From contig RFQR01000002.1 in NCBI GenBank assembly GCA_009924895.1, forward strand, positions 1,368 to 65,367: 64,000 nt of DNA, read 5' to 3'. Positions 47,754 through 56,395 of the stretch are shown piece by piece. Made by a program: the position numbers and the translations under genes. The notes beneath the pieces were generated by a model that was not told the DNA's origin, made no database searches, and saw only the letters and a program-made list of their open reading frames with translations. The first letter of the stretch is position 1. The number at the start of each line of letters is the position of its first letter. This stretch comes from a bacterium (GTDB taxonomy: Bacteria; Patescibacteriota; Minisyncoccia; Phycocordibacterales; UBA2100).

Positions 47754-50249
47754 ATGGCACGAAAATCCGCTGCGCCAACACCAAGCCCTGCCCCTGAAAC
47801 AGCGCCGCAAACGGGTGTTGTCGCTCGTTCAATTACCTCTGAAATGCGCGAGTCATACCTCGACTATGCGATGTCGGTTATTACAGCGCGCGCGCTTCCC
47901 GACGTGCGTGACGGCTTAAAGCCGGTGCACCGCCGCATTCTTTTCATGATGAACAAGCTCGGCCTCACCGCTGGCGGTAAGACACGCAAGTCCGCAACGG
48001 TTGTGGGTGAAGTTATGGGAAAGCTCCATCCGCACGGTGATATGGCGATTTACGATGCGCTTGCAAAAATGGCGCAGGATTTTTCGATGCGCTATCCGCT
48101 TATCATCGGGCAAGGAAACTTTGGTTCTATCGACGGTGATAACCCCGCAGCGATGCGCTATACAGAAGCAAAAATGTCACGCCTCGGTAGTGAGATGCTT
48201 CGTGATATTGAAAAAGAGACGGTAAACTTCTTGCCCAACTACGACAATACCGAAGAGGAGCCGCATGTCTTGCCGACTGCGGTGCCAAACCTTCTCTTGA
48301 ACGGCACGCTTGGTATTGCGGTGGGCATGGCGACTAATGTACCGCCGCATAACTTGCGCGAAGTCTGTGCCGCCACAGTGCATCTTATTGATGATCCTAA
48401 AGCGACAACTGAAGACCTTTTGCAGCATGTGCAAGGGCCTGATTTTCCGACAGGCTGTATTGCATTTAATCAGAAAGATTTGGCACATGCCTACGCTACG
48501 GGGCGCGGTCCTGTTGTTGTGCGCGGCGAGACAGAGATAGTAGAAGGAAAAAAAGAAGACTACTCAATCATCATCACGTCGATCCCATATCGCGTAAACA
48601 AAGCAGATCTTCTCACGCGCATTGCAGATTTGGTACATGAGAAAAAGCTCGAAGGCATCCGCGACGTTCGCGACGAATCGGCAAAAGATATTCGCGTTGT
48701 GATTGAGCTTAAGAACAATGCTAATCCACAGACGGTTCTAAACTTTCTGTACAAACACACGCAGCTCGAGGAGACATTTCACTACAACGTCGTGGCGCTT
48801 GTCGACGGTGTGCCGCAGACCCTGTCACTCAAAGCTATTCTTGAAAACTTTATAGCCCACCGCAAAGAAGTAGTGACCCGTCGCACGAAATTCGACCTCA
48901 CCAAAGCACAGGCACGCGAGCACATTTTGCTTGGTCTCAAGAAAGCGCTCGATCACATTGACGAAATAATCGCGCTCATTAAGAAGTCGAAAACAGTCGA
49001 CGAAGCCCGTATGGGCCTCATGACAAAGTTCAAGTTCTCCGAGATTCAGGCGAATGCAATCCTTGACATGCGCCTCCAGAAACTTGCAGGCCTCGAGCGC
49101 AAGAAAATAGAGGATGAATTGAAAGAGGTGCAGGCTCTTATCGAATACCTCCAGACGCTTCTCAAGAGCGAAAAAAAGATGATGGATCTTATCAAAAAAG
49201 AGATTGGAGAGATTTCTGAGAAGTACGGCGATGACCGTCGGACAAAAATCGTAAAGCGTGGCGCACAGATCTTGAACGCCGAAGATTTAATTGCTGACGA
49301 GGAGAGTGTGCTGGTTCTCACCAAGGGGGGTTATATCAAACGCACCAATCCATCCGAATACCGTAAGCAAAAGCGCGGCGGAGTGGGTGTTGTTGATCTT
49401 GATACGAAAGATGAAGACTTTGTTACGCATTTTGTGACAGCCTCTGCTCATTGCGACATGCTCTTTTTCTCCGATCGAGGTAAGGCATATCAGATCAAGA
49501 TGTACGAATTACCAGAGGGAAAGCGTGCGACGAAAGGTAAGTCAATCATGAATTTTATTTCGCTCGAACAAGGCGAAACCATCACCTCGATTCTCCCCAT
49601 GCCGAAAGAGGCAAAAGAGACAGCAGGACTCTCCCTTATGCTCGCGACACGACAGGGGACCGTGAAGAAAACGTCTGCTGCCGCATTTAAAGAAGTACGC
49701 CGCTCAGGGCTTATCGCAATCACGCTCGACAAAGGCGACTCGCTTATTTCTGCGCAGTTTGTTCGCAAAGGGGATGATTTTATTTTGGTAACCACCGAAG
49801 GGCAATCGATTCGATTTGCAGAGGATGAGGTGCGCGAAATGGGACGACAGGCGGGCGGCGTGCGTGGTATGAAGCTCGATAAGAATGATGCGATTGTGGG
49901 TGGCGGTGTTATTCCAAAAGATGCAGAGGATGCCGATCTTCTTGTTGTTTCTTCGACAGGCTACGGAAAAAAGACATCACTTTCTGAATACAAGACACAA
50001 GGCAGGGGTGGTAGTGGCATTAAGACCATGCAAATTACGGCAAAAACCAGAGAGCTCGTCGGTGCTGCGGTTATTAAAGAAAAAGGGTGCGAAATTGTTG
50101 CGATGTCAAAGAAAAGTCAGACGATTCGTACGAGTGTTGACGAATTGCCAACGCTTTCCCGCGCGACACAAGGTGTTCGCGTCATGAAACTGTACGAAGG
50201 AGACAGTGTTGCCTCGTTCGTGATATTTGAGGGTGGTAGCGAAGAATAG
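47754..50249 (+). CDS. gyrA: DNA gyrase subunit A (topoisomerase IV ParC not strictly excluded)
   Basis: N-terminal LDYAMSVI..RALPDVRDGLKPVHRR, active-site region, C-terminal beta-pinwheel repeats. Confidence 0.9.
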   Translation: MARKSAAPTPSPAPETAPQTGVVARSITSEMRESYLDYAMSVITARALPDVRDGLKPVHRRILFMMNKLGLTAGGKTRKSATVVGEVMGKLHPHGDMAIYDALAKMAQDFSMRYPLIIGQGNFGSIDGDNPAAMRYTEAKMSRLGSEMLRDIEKETVNFLPNYDNTEEEPHVLPTAVPNLLLNGTLGIAVGMATNVPPHNLREVCAATVHLIDDPKATTEDLLQHVQGPDFPTGCIAFNQKDLAHAYATGRGPVVVRGETEIVEGKKEDYSIIITSIPYRVNKADLLTRIADLVHEKKLEGIRDVRDESAKDIRVVIELKNNANPQTVLNFLYKHTQLEETFHYNVVALVDGVPQTLSLKAILENFIAHRKEVVTRRTKFDLTKAQAREHILLGLKKALDHIDEIIALIKKSKTVDEARMGLMTKFKFSEIQANAILDMRLQKLAGLERKKIEDELKEVQALIEYLQTLLKSEKKMMDLIKKEIGEISEKYGDDRRTKIVKRGAQILNAEDLIADEESVLVLTKGGYIKRTNPSEYRKQKRGGVGVVDLDTKDEDFVTHFVTASAHCDMLFFSDRGKAYQIKMYELPEGKRATKGKSIMNFISLEQGETITSILPMPKEAKETAGLSLMLATRQGTVKKTSAAAFKEVRRSGLIAITLDKGDSLISAQFVRKGDDFILVTTEGQSIRFAEDEVREMGRQAGGVRGMKLDKNDAIVGGGVIPKDAEDADLLVVSSTGYGKKTSLSEYKTQGRGGSGIKTMQITAKTRELVGAAVIKEKGCEIVAMSKKSQTIRTSVDELPTLSRATQGVRVMKLYEGDSVASFVIFEGGSEE

Positions 50250-50327
50250 TTTTCCCCGGCTCTGTAAGTAGGGTACTCACCGTGCCGTATAATCGATTCA
50301 TGTCCAGCCGTAATGTAGTGACGCTTT

Positions 50328-50924
50328 TTGTGTATGCAAAAGACTGACTCAATACAGGAGCCGAATGACTTTCAAAGTGTCCAGTCTAGTACTGCTGGAT
50401 TTGCTCACCCACCACGCACTGTTGCTGCGATGCATATAGAGCTCGGCATGAAAGTTGCTGACTTTGGCTCAGGCTCTGGTGCCTACGCACTTTTGTTTGC
50501 CGACGCCGTAGGCCCGCAAGGGCGCGTATATGCAATCGATATTCAAAAAGACCTCTTACGACGCACGCACACGATGGCAGTGCAAAAAAATCTTCACAAC
50601 ATTGAAATTATTTGGGGTGATGTAGAACTTCCGCATGGTTCCAAGCTAGCCGACAAGCTTCTCGATCTCGTGCTTATCTCCAATCTCCTGTTTCAAGTCA
50701 CGGGTAAGGGAGAACTCATGAAAGAAGCACGGCGCGTGTTGAAATCAGGAGGTCGATTAGTGGTCGTGGACTGGTCGGACTCATTCGGCGGCTTAGGACC
50801 GCAGCCAGGAGACATTGTCACAGAAGAAAAAGCGCGCATCCTTGCACAGGCGCACGGATTTTTGTTTCAGAAATCGTTTGACGCGGGCGCTCATCATTAC
50901 GGTATGATATTCGATACGGTATGA
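50328..50924 (+). CDS. class I SAM-dependent methyltransferase
   Basis: Motif I VADFGSGSGAYA. Post-I acidic residue YAIDIQ. Confidence 0.65.
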   Translation: MCMQKTDSIQEPNDFQSVQSSTAGFAHPPRTVAAMHIELGMKVADFGSGSGAYALLFADAVGPQGRVYAIDIQKDLLRRTHTMAVQKNLHNIEIIWGDVELPHGSKLADKLLDLVLISNLLFQVTGKGELMKEARRVLKSGGRLVVVDWSDSFGGLGPQPGDIVTEEKARILAQAHGFLFQKSFDAGAHHYGMIFDTV

Positions 50925-52270
50925 AGAAGTCATCACCCTTTCAAATCATTGTTCTGTGTATTTTTGGCGCACTCGGAGTCGGCTCCATGATTGTTTTTGC
51001 GCTTTTTGTAAATGGCAATCAGACCGCACGCACGGGACCCGTCGTGATCTGGGGCACGCTTGACGGAAAAGTGTTTGAATCGGTGTTGAAGTACCTTTCC
51101 GAAGAAAATGAGGTCTATAAAGAAACAACGTATGTACAGAAGGGTGCCACTGATTTTCCCGACGTGCTTGCGCGAGCTCTCGCATCGGGTCAAGGACCAG
51201 ATCTTGTGCTTCTCAGCCAAGATCAGGCGTATCTGGAGGCGCCAAATATGCTCAGATTCCCTGAGTCCGAGATCTCCCCATCACAATTTACTGATATGTA
51301 CGTGTATTCAGCAGCACCGTTTGTAACTGCAGAGGGGGTTATGGCAATTCCTGTTATCGCTGATCCGCTCATTTTGTATTCAAACAAAGATTTACTCGCA
51401 GCAGCAGGATACTCGCTTCCGCCCAAATACTGGGATGAGCTTTTTGACATGGCGCGCGTTATTACGGGGTGCGGTGTAGCACGTGGTGGTACCGTCGGAT
51501 ACGTGACTGGCTGCGATCGCGATTCACTCTCAATTAAAAAAGCAACGATTGCGCTTGGCACCTACGATAATGTTGATCATGCCAAAGACATTCTGAGTAC
51601 CATCATTTTACAAAGTGGCGGAAGCATTACGCGTCGCGATGAGTCAGGGGCACTCATAAGTGCGCTCATTACACGAGGCAACCAGAGCACCTCGCCTACT
51701 GAGAGTGCACTGCGTTTCTACACCGAATTTTCGGACCCTTCAAAAGATGATTACAGCTGGAGCTCGGCGATGCGCGACTCCCGCTCGGCCTTTAGCGCTG
51801 GCGATCTTGCGCTCTATATCGGGTATGCGAGCGAGCGCTACCTTATTGCAAACGCAAATCCTAACCTGAATGTCGGCTATTCGTTTTTACCGCAGATACG
51901 CAATAAAAACAGCGTGATAACCGGCGCTCGAGTATACGGTCTCGCAATACCTCGGACGAGTACGAACCCAACTGGTGCTGCGCAAGTTGCGTATAATTTT
52001 TCGGATAGTTTTGCATCTCTCGTTACGGCAAACGCCTATGGTGTCGTATCAGCTCGTCGCGATGTTCTCTCACAAGGAGGGTCCAAGGTAGTTCCGTCGC
52101 TATTTGCTTCCTCGACCATCGTGAGTGCGTCGTGGATTGATCCTGATCCGCAAAAGACAGACGCTCTCTTTCGCGCTATGATTACTGATGTTGTGAGCGG
52201 CACGGTACGTCTCACCGAAGGCGCCTCCCGAGCTGATCAGCAACTAAAAGCTATACTTGATGTACCATGA
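50921..52270 (+). CDS. membrane-anchored extracellular solute-binding protein (family 1, MalE-like)
   Basis: N-terminal TM anchor, then a periplasmic-binding-protein-like alpha/beta region. Overlaps the upstream MTase stop (ATGA), which suggests co-transcription. Confidence 0.55.
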   Translation: MKKSSPFQIIVLCIFGALGVGSMIVFALFVNGNQTARTGPVVIWGTLDGKVFESVLKYLSEENEVYKETTYVQKGATDFPDVLARALASGQGPDLVLLSQDQAYLEAPNMLRFPESEISPSQFTDMYVYSAAPFVTAEGVMAIPVIADPLILYSNKDLLAAAGYSLPPKYWDELFDMARVITGCGVARGGTVGYVTGCDRDSLSIKKATIALGTYDNVDHAKDILSTIILQSGGSITRRDESGALISALITRGNQSTSPTESALRFYTEFSDPSKDDYSWSSAMRDSRSAFSAGDLALYIGYASERYLIANANPNLNVGYSFLPQIRNKNSVITGARVYGLAIPRTSTNPTGAAQVAYNFSDSFASLVTANAYGVVSARRDVLSQGGSKVVPSLFASSTIVSASWIDPDPQKTDALFRAMITDVVSGTVRLTEGASRADQQLKAILDVP

Positions 52271-52653
52271 ACCGAATACTCATTTTTCTTGTCATGATAG
52301 CCCCGATTGTTGCGTTTGCAGGAACGCAAGGCGGCAAATTCGAGAATCCATTGACACTAGAAGATTTTCGAGAGTTTGTAGCCGCTCTCATGAAGGTGGT
52401 CGTTATTTTCGGTATGCCACTTGTCGCGCTCGCACTGGTATATTCTGGTTTTTTGTTTGCAAAGGCGCGTGGCAACAGTAGGGATTTAGATACTGCAAAG
52501 AAAAATTTCAAAAATACTATCTACGGGGCCGTGCTTATCATGGGGGCATGGGTCTTTGCGATGGCGCTCTGGGGTACCGTAGGGCAGATTATTAATGGCG
52601 GAGGCGGGGGAAGTGCAACGCCGTCGCCTCCTGTGAGGACCATCAGTGCATAG
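52267..52653 (+). CDS. small secreted/membrane protein, paralog 1 of 5 (signal peptide plus two TM helices; VirB2/TrbC-pilin-like architecture)
   Basis: MNRILIFLVMIAPIVAFA signal, TM1 VVVIFGMPLVALALVYSGFLF, loop, TM2 IYGAVLIMGAWVFAMALWGTV. Gly-rich tail. Confidence 0.5.
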   Translation: MNRILIFLVMIAPIVAFAGTQGGKFENPLTLEDFREFVAALMKVVVIFGMPLVALALVYSGFLFAKARGNSRDLDTAKKNFKNTIYGAVLIMGAWVFAMALWGTVGQIINGGGGGSATPSPPVRTISA

Positions 52654-52667
52654 AACAAGATTATAGT

Positions 52668-52964
52668 ATGAATCGATTTTTCACGATGCTGGTGTTTCTC
52701 TTTCTTCCAACGCTTTCGTTTGCAGCAGGCAAGACCGTCATGGACATTGCCAAGATGATCACAACCTATATCAACATGGTGATTGCGCTCATGATTACGG
52801 CAGGCCTTGTTATATTTCTTTTTTCAGCGCTCAAAGGTTTTGGTTCATCGGGGGAAGGAAAGTCGGAATTTAAAAGAGTTCTTATTTGGGGTGTTATTGC
52901 GCTTTTTGTGATGGTATCAGTCTGGGGACTCGTCACGCTGATAAAAAACACGATAGCTATTTAA
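52668..52964 (+). CDS. small secreted/membrane protein, paralog 2 of 5
   Basis: MNRFFTMLVFLFLPTLSFAAG signal, TM1 MVIALMITAGLVIFLFSAL, loop GFGSSGEGK, TM2 LIWGVIALFVMVSVWGLVTLI. Confidence 0.5.
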   Translation: MNRFFTMLVFLFLPTLSFAAGKTVMDIAKMITTYINMVIALMITAGLVIFLFSALKGFGSSGEGKSEFKRVLIWGVIALFVMVSVWGLVTLIKNTIAI

Positions 52965-52969
52965 AATTC

Positions 52970-53344
52970 ATGAAACGCATACTTGCAGTTGCAATACTCG
53001 TACCAGAATTTGTCTGTGCGCAGTCGCTCTATCAGGTGTGGAATGTTGCAAACCTGTTTTCCGGTATCCTTATTGTTGTTTCATTTATTTTCTTTTTTGG
53101 TGGTTTTGCCCTCTACATAGCACGGCTTGGCCGTACCTACCGCTCAGAAGGAATCGACCTCATGCAATGGGGTGTTTCTTTTCTGTTTGTTTTTTTGGTG
53201 CTGAGCACCATTTCCCGATGGACGCTTCTGTACCCATGGGCGATTCCCTGGGTATTTGCGCTCCTCATCATCGGTCTTTTTATGGTCTATATCCTCCCTG
53301 AACTCATCGCGGGCGGTGGCGAAAAGAAGAAAGAACACGACTAG
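52970..53344 (+). CDS. small secreted/membrane protein, paralog 3 of 5 (divergent, Trp-rich)
   Basis: MKRILAVAILVPEFVCA signal, two or three TM helices. Start taken at the internal Met, 6 nt after the paralog-2 stop. Confidence 0.45.
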   Translation: MKRILAVAILVPEFVCAQSLYQVWNVANLFSGILIVVSFIFFFGGFALYIARLGRTYRSEGIDLMQWGVSFLFVFLVLSTISRWTLLYPWAIPWVFALLIIGLFMVYILPELIAGGGEKKKEHD

Positions 53345-53430
53345 TGCTTGTCCACAGAGCAGCTAAGTGTCCCTTGTGCCTCTTTTCTAATGGCGGTACC
53401 ATTAAATCATTAACGAAATAAACAGCATTT

Positions 53431-53820
53431 ATGTCTTTTAGAAAGATAACAGCTTCGGTTTCTGGTGTTGCGCTCTCTGCTCTGCCATTTATTGCTTTTG
53501 CACAGGCACCTTCTCTTAACCGCGGTATTACTGGAGTATTGTTGACATTGAACAATGCGCTCAACATGCTTATTGGCATTTTGATTACCGCGGCAATTGT
53601 TGTTTTCTTTTACGGATTAGTAAAGTATCTATGGTCGAATGCGGGTGAGGAGAAACAGAACGCCATCAAGATCATGGTGAATGGCGTTGTGGTTATATTC
53701 GTGATGGTATCTATTTGGGGGTTAGTTGCTCTTCTTCAATTCACTCTTGGTGTCAATGGTCGCCAAAACATTACGTTCCCAACAGGTGCTCCAGTAAACA
53801 GCACGCCTACACTTAACTAA
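53431..53820 (+). CDS. small secreted/membrane protein, paralog 4 of 5
   Basis: Signal ALSALPFIAFAQA, TM1 MLIGILITAAIVVFFYGLV, loop, TM2 MVNGVVVIFVMVSIWGLVALL. Confidence 0.5.
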   Translation: MSFRKITASVSGVALSALPFIAFAQAPSLNRGITGVLLTLNNALNMLIGILITAAIVVFFYGLVKYLWSNAGEEKQNAIKIMVNGVVVIFVMVSIWGLVALLQFTLGVNGRQNITFPTGAPVNSTPTLN

Positions 53821-53889
53821 CTCTTCAGGTTTTCAACAAAAACGCCAGGATGACCTAGCTTTTTTGTGTTGGTACGATAGGATTGCCTC

Positions 53890-54204
53890 ATGGTTCAAGG
53901 AGCGCAAGCTATTCGAGATGCGGCAATCACATACGTCATAGATCCGATTTTGATGCTCATGTTTTCACTTGGGTTCTTCTTTTTTGTGTTAGGTATCGTT
54001 GAATTTTTATGGAAAATGAAAGATGGGAAGGTAAGCGAAGAAGGAAAAGAACATATGAAATGGGGACTTCTCGGTATGGTCATCATGAGCAGTATATGGG
54101 GCATCATCGCGCTCATCGATAACTCTCTTGGTCTTAATTTGGGTAATCCGCGAAACCCGAACATCGACGCGTCTCAAATCCCGAGTCTCGAGCGGATTCG
54201 GTAG
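53890..54204 (+). CDS. small membrane protein, paralog 5 of 5
   Basis: TM1 ILMLMFSLGFFFFVLGIV, loop with KDGKVSEEGKEH, TM2 WGLLGMVIMSSIWGIIALI. Confidence 0.5.
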   Translation: MVQGAQAIRDAAITYVIDPILMLMFSLGFFFFVLGIVEFLWKMKDGKVSEEGKEHMKWGLLGMVIMSSIWGIIALIDNSLGLNLGNPRNPNIDASQIPSLERIR

Positions 54205-54213
54205 GAAAGATTG

Positions 54214-54294
54214 TGGGCGAGAGAGGACTTGCACCTCCACGTCTTCCGACATTAGCTCCTAAGGCTAACGCGTCTTCTATTTCGCCACTCGCCC
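54214..54294 (-). tRNA. tRNA-Leu (UAG)-like, class II, with non-canonical D-loop (no GG) and T-loop (UGCAAGU instead of UUCRANU). Possible pseudo-tRNA.
   Basis: Reverse complement gggcgagtggcgaaatagaagacgcgttagccttAGgagctaatgtcggaagacgtggaggtgcaagtcctctctcgccca. 7-bp acceptor, anticodon loop cuUAGga, long variable arm. Confidence 0.5.
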
Positions 54295-54329
54295 AGTGTG
54301 CGCGTACTGTACCATAACTTTTTTTCTTG

Positions 54330-54620
54330 TCGTAGGGACTGTTTGTCTTTCAGTCGGTAAGCTGTAATATTTTTCCCGTCGCAAAAATATTTAGTTTCCC
54401 CACGCCTCGCCCGTTTTTCCTACTGGAAAAACATGGCTCCGGCTCGGACTTGTAACAAAAAACATTCCGCAGGGACTGTTTTTCTTTCAAGTCCCCAATC
54501 TGTTCATTTTTTGTCGTCACAAAAAATGCCAGACTGGGCACGGCTCGCGGTTTTGCATTGCTGTTCAAAACAACGCTCCGCCTCGGACAATGTCAGAAAA
54601 CCTGCCGTAGGGCAGGTTGT
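54330..54620. repeat. ~134-bp tandem direct repeat, about 2.3 copies, between the two tRNA genes
   Basis: The unit starts (g/c)agggactgttt(g/t)tctttca(g/a)... and contains ...ttt(t)Scgtc(r)caaaaa(a)t...ctccgSctcggac.... Copies begin near 54333, 54467 and, partially, 54601. Confidence 0.6.
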
Positions 54621-54631
54621 TGTGTACATTG

Positions 54632-54704
54632 TCCGCCCACTAGGATTCGAACCTAGGACCGTCTCGTTAAGAGCGAGCTGCTCTACCAACTGAGCTATGG
54701 GCGG
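54632..54704 (-). tRNA. tRNA-Lys (CUU)
   Basis: Reverse complement ccgcccatagctcagttggtagagcagctcgctCTTaacgagacggtcctaggttcgaatcctagtgggcgga. Closely resembles canonical tRNA-Lys, but has C1:G72. Confidence 0.8.
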
Positions 54705-54796
54705 ATACTGGTGCATTGTACACAAAAAAAGCGTATTGGAAACCTTAGAATATTTGATTTAGAAAAAAAGTGAGGGCGCCCCAAGGGCGCCCTCAC

Positions 54797-55756
54797 TCAT
54801 TTTGTTTTCAAAATGAGAGATGACAGTGACTCGTCTTGGTGAATCCGTCGAATTGCTTGCGCCAGAAGTGGCGCGACAGATATCAGTACAAACTTTCCGT
54901 TTTTACCCGAGAGCTTTTCGGGAGTCAAAACAGTGTCGGTAAGAAATACTTGAGTAAATGCGCTTTTGCTCAGGTTGTCGAGCGCGTTACCTGAGAGTAT
55001 TCCATGTGTTGCATACGCAAAGATGCGTTTTGCTCCCGCTTTTTTTGCTGCCTCTGCATCGGCAATCATGGTGCCACCGGTATCTATCATGTCGTCAACA
55101 AAGAGAACGTCTTTGTTTTTGACACTACCAATGATTTGAATACGCTTGTCGACCATGCCCGGTGCGACGCGCCGCTTTGAGAAAATCACACAGTCATCTT
55201 GACCGAGATACTGTGCATATTGTAGCGCTCTCGCTGTCCCTCCTTTATCAGGAGATGCCACAACGAATGACTTGTTGAGCACTCTGTGAAGATACGGAAC
55301 AGCGGCATGCGAACTATACAGATGATCTGTTACCATGGGCTCAAAGTGCGCCGCTGTCGCTTCAGAGTGTAGGTCCAGCAATAGCGCGCGGTCAGCCCCG
55401 GTGAGTTTCAGGGTCTCAATGGCAGCTTTTGCCGCAACTGGTACGCGGGGTCTGTCTTTTCTGTCTTGGCGATTGTAACCAAGGTATGGAATAACCAAGG
55501 TCACACGCCCCGCTGATGCCATGCGCGCTGCTTTTCCAAGCAGCATCATTTCGAAAAAGTTTTCAGCTGGCGGCGGTGTTGAGTTGATGATAAAAACATC
55601 AGCTCCTCGCACATCAGCTTGCAACTCGATTCGAACTTCTCCATCGTTGAACCTCCCAACAATTGCCGGCGAAGGGTCAATGCTCAGGAGCTCAGCAATG
55701 CGTGGTACTAAGTGGTTGCTGGCATTTCCTGAAAAAAGGCGAATTTGTCTATTCAT
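54797..55756 (-). CDS. prs: ribose-phosphate pyrophosphokinase (PRPP synthetase)
   Basis: N-terminal RLFSGNASNHL. PRPP-binding loop VDDMIDTGGT. Divalent-cation site. Confidence 0.9.
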   Translation of the reverse strand: MNRQIRLFSGNASNHLVPRIAELLSIDPSPAIVGRFNDGEVRIELQADVRGADVFIINSTPPPAENFFEMMLLGKAARMASAGRVTLVIPYLGYNRQDRKDRPRVPVAAKAAIETLKLTGADRALLLDLHSEATAAHFEPMVTDHLYSSHAAVPYLHRVLNKSFVVASPDKGGTARALQYAQYLGQDDCVIFSKRRVAPGMVDKRIQIIGSVKNKDVLFVDDMIDTGGTMIADAEAAKKAGAKRIFAYATHGILSGNALDNLSKSAFTQVFLTDTVLTPEKLSGKNGKFVLISVAPLLAQAIRRIHQDESLSSLILKTK

Positions 55757-56038
55757 TGGTACCTCCTTCTGTTCTGCGCTCGTATGCGCCTGAAAGCAGG
55801 ATACTACAACCCCATATATTCACAATCTACGTGAGACCCGGGCCGGAATTGCACCGGCGCATAAGAGTTTTGCAGACTCCCGTGTTAACTAACTTCACCA
55901 CCGGGTCGTGAGGTGTACTCTAACATAAAATGGGATTACAATCATAAATAAAGCAATTTTCCGTCGTGTGTCGAGATGGTGGCGGTCAACGAGCTTTGAG
56001 GTTAGATTGTTTAGAATCTTGATAGTGAGTGAATATTT

Positions 56039-56125
56039 GCCGGGATGATGGAATGGTAGACATCAGACACTTAAAATGTCTTGCTGGGTAACACTGGCGT
56101 GTGGGTTCGAGTCCCACTCCCGGCA
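56039..56125 (+). tRNA. tRNA-Leu (UAA), class II
   Basis: gccgggatgatggaatggtagacatcagacacttAAaatgtc...tgggttcgagtcccactcccggca. Long variable arm. Confidence 0.85.
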
Positions 56126-56136
56126 CTAAAACATCC

Positions 56137-56161
56137 AAAACCGAGGCAGTGCCTCGGTTTT
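56137..56161 (+). terminator. intrinsic terminator aaaaccgaggca-gtg-cctcggtttt
   Basis: Perfect hairpin with a T-tract immediately after tRNA-Leu. Confidence 0.65.
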
Positions 56162-56395
56162 GTGTATGTTTTTGCCGCGAGTAGGGCTCGTAAGTGAGGA
56201 CTGAGGACCCGTCAGCAGACGGGGATGTCCGAACAGGACCGAGAGGAGTATGTTTGCGACGGCGAACATACGAGCTCTTGGTCGAGCTCCTTCGGCACAG
56301 ACAAAAAAAGAAAAACGTGGCGATTTTTTTAAGCACATGACCGAGCCACTCTCAGCACAGAAAAGTTTTTTGTTTGTAGTGTAAAATATAGAGTA

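Noticed and set aside
47754-50249. Alternative call of topoisomerase IV ParC instead of GyrA
   Set aside because: It cannot be excluded from sequence alone. The single type IIA A-subunit, with a complete C-terminal beta-pinwheel region, in a reduced genome is more parsimoniously GyrA.
54330-54620. Possibility that the tandem repeats between the tRNAs are a CRISPR array
   Set aside because: The units are ~134 bp, far longer than CRISPR repeats. There are no short conserved repeats alternating with unique spacers, and no cas genes nearby.
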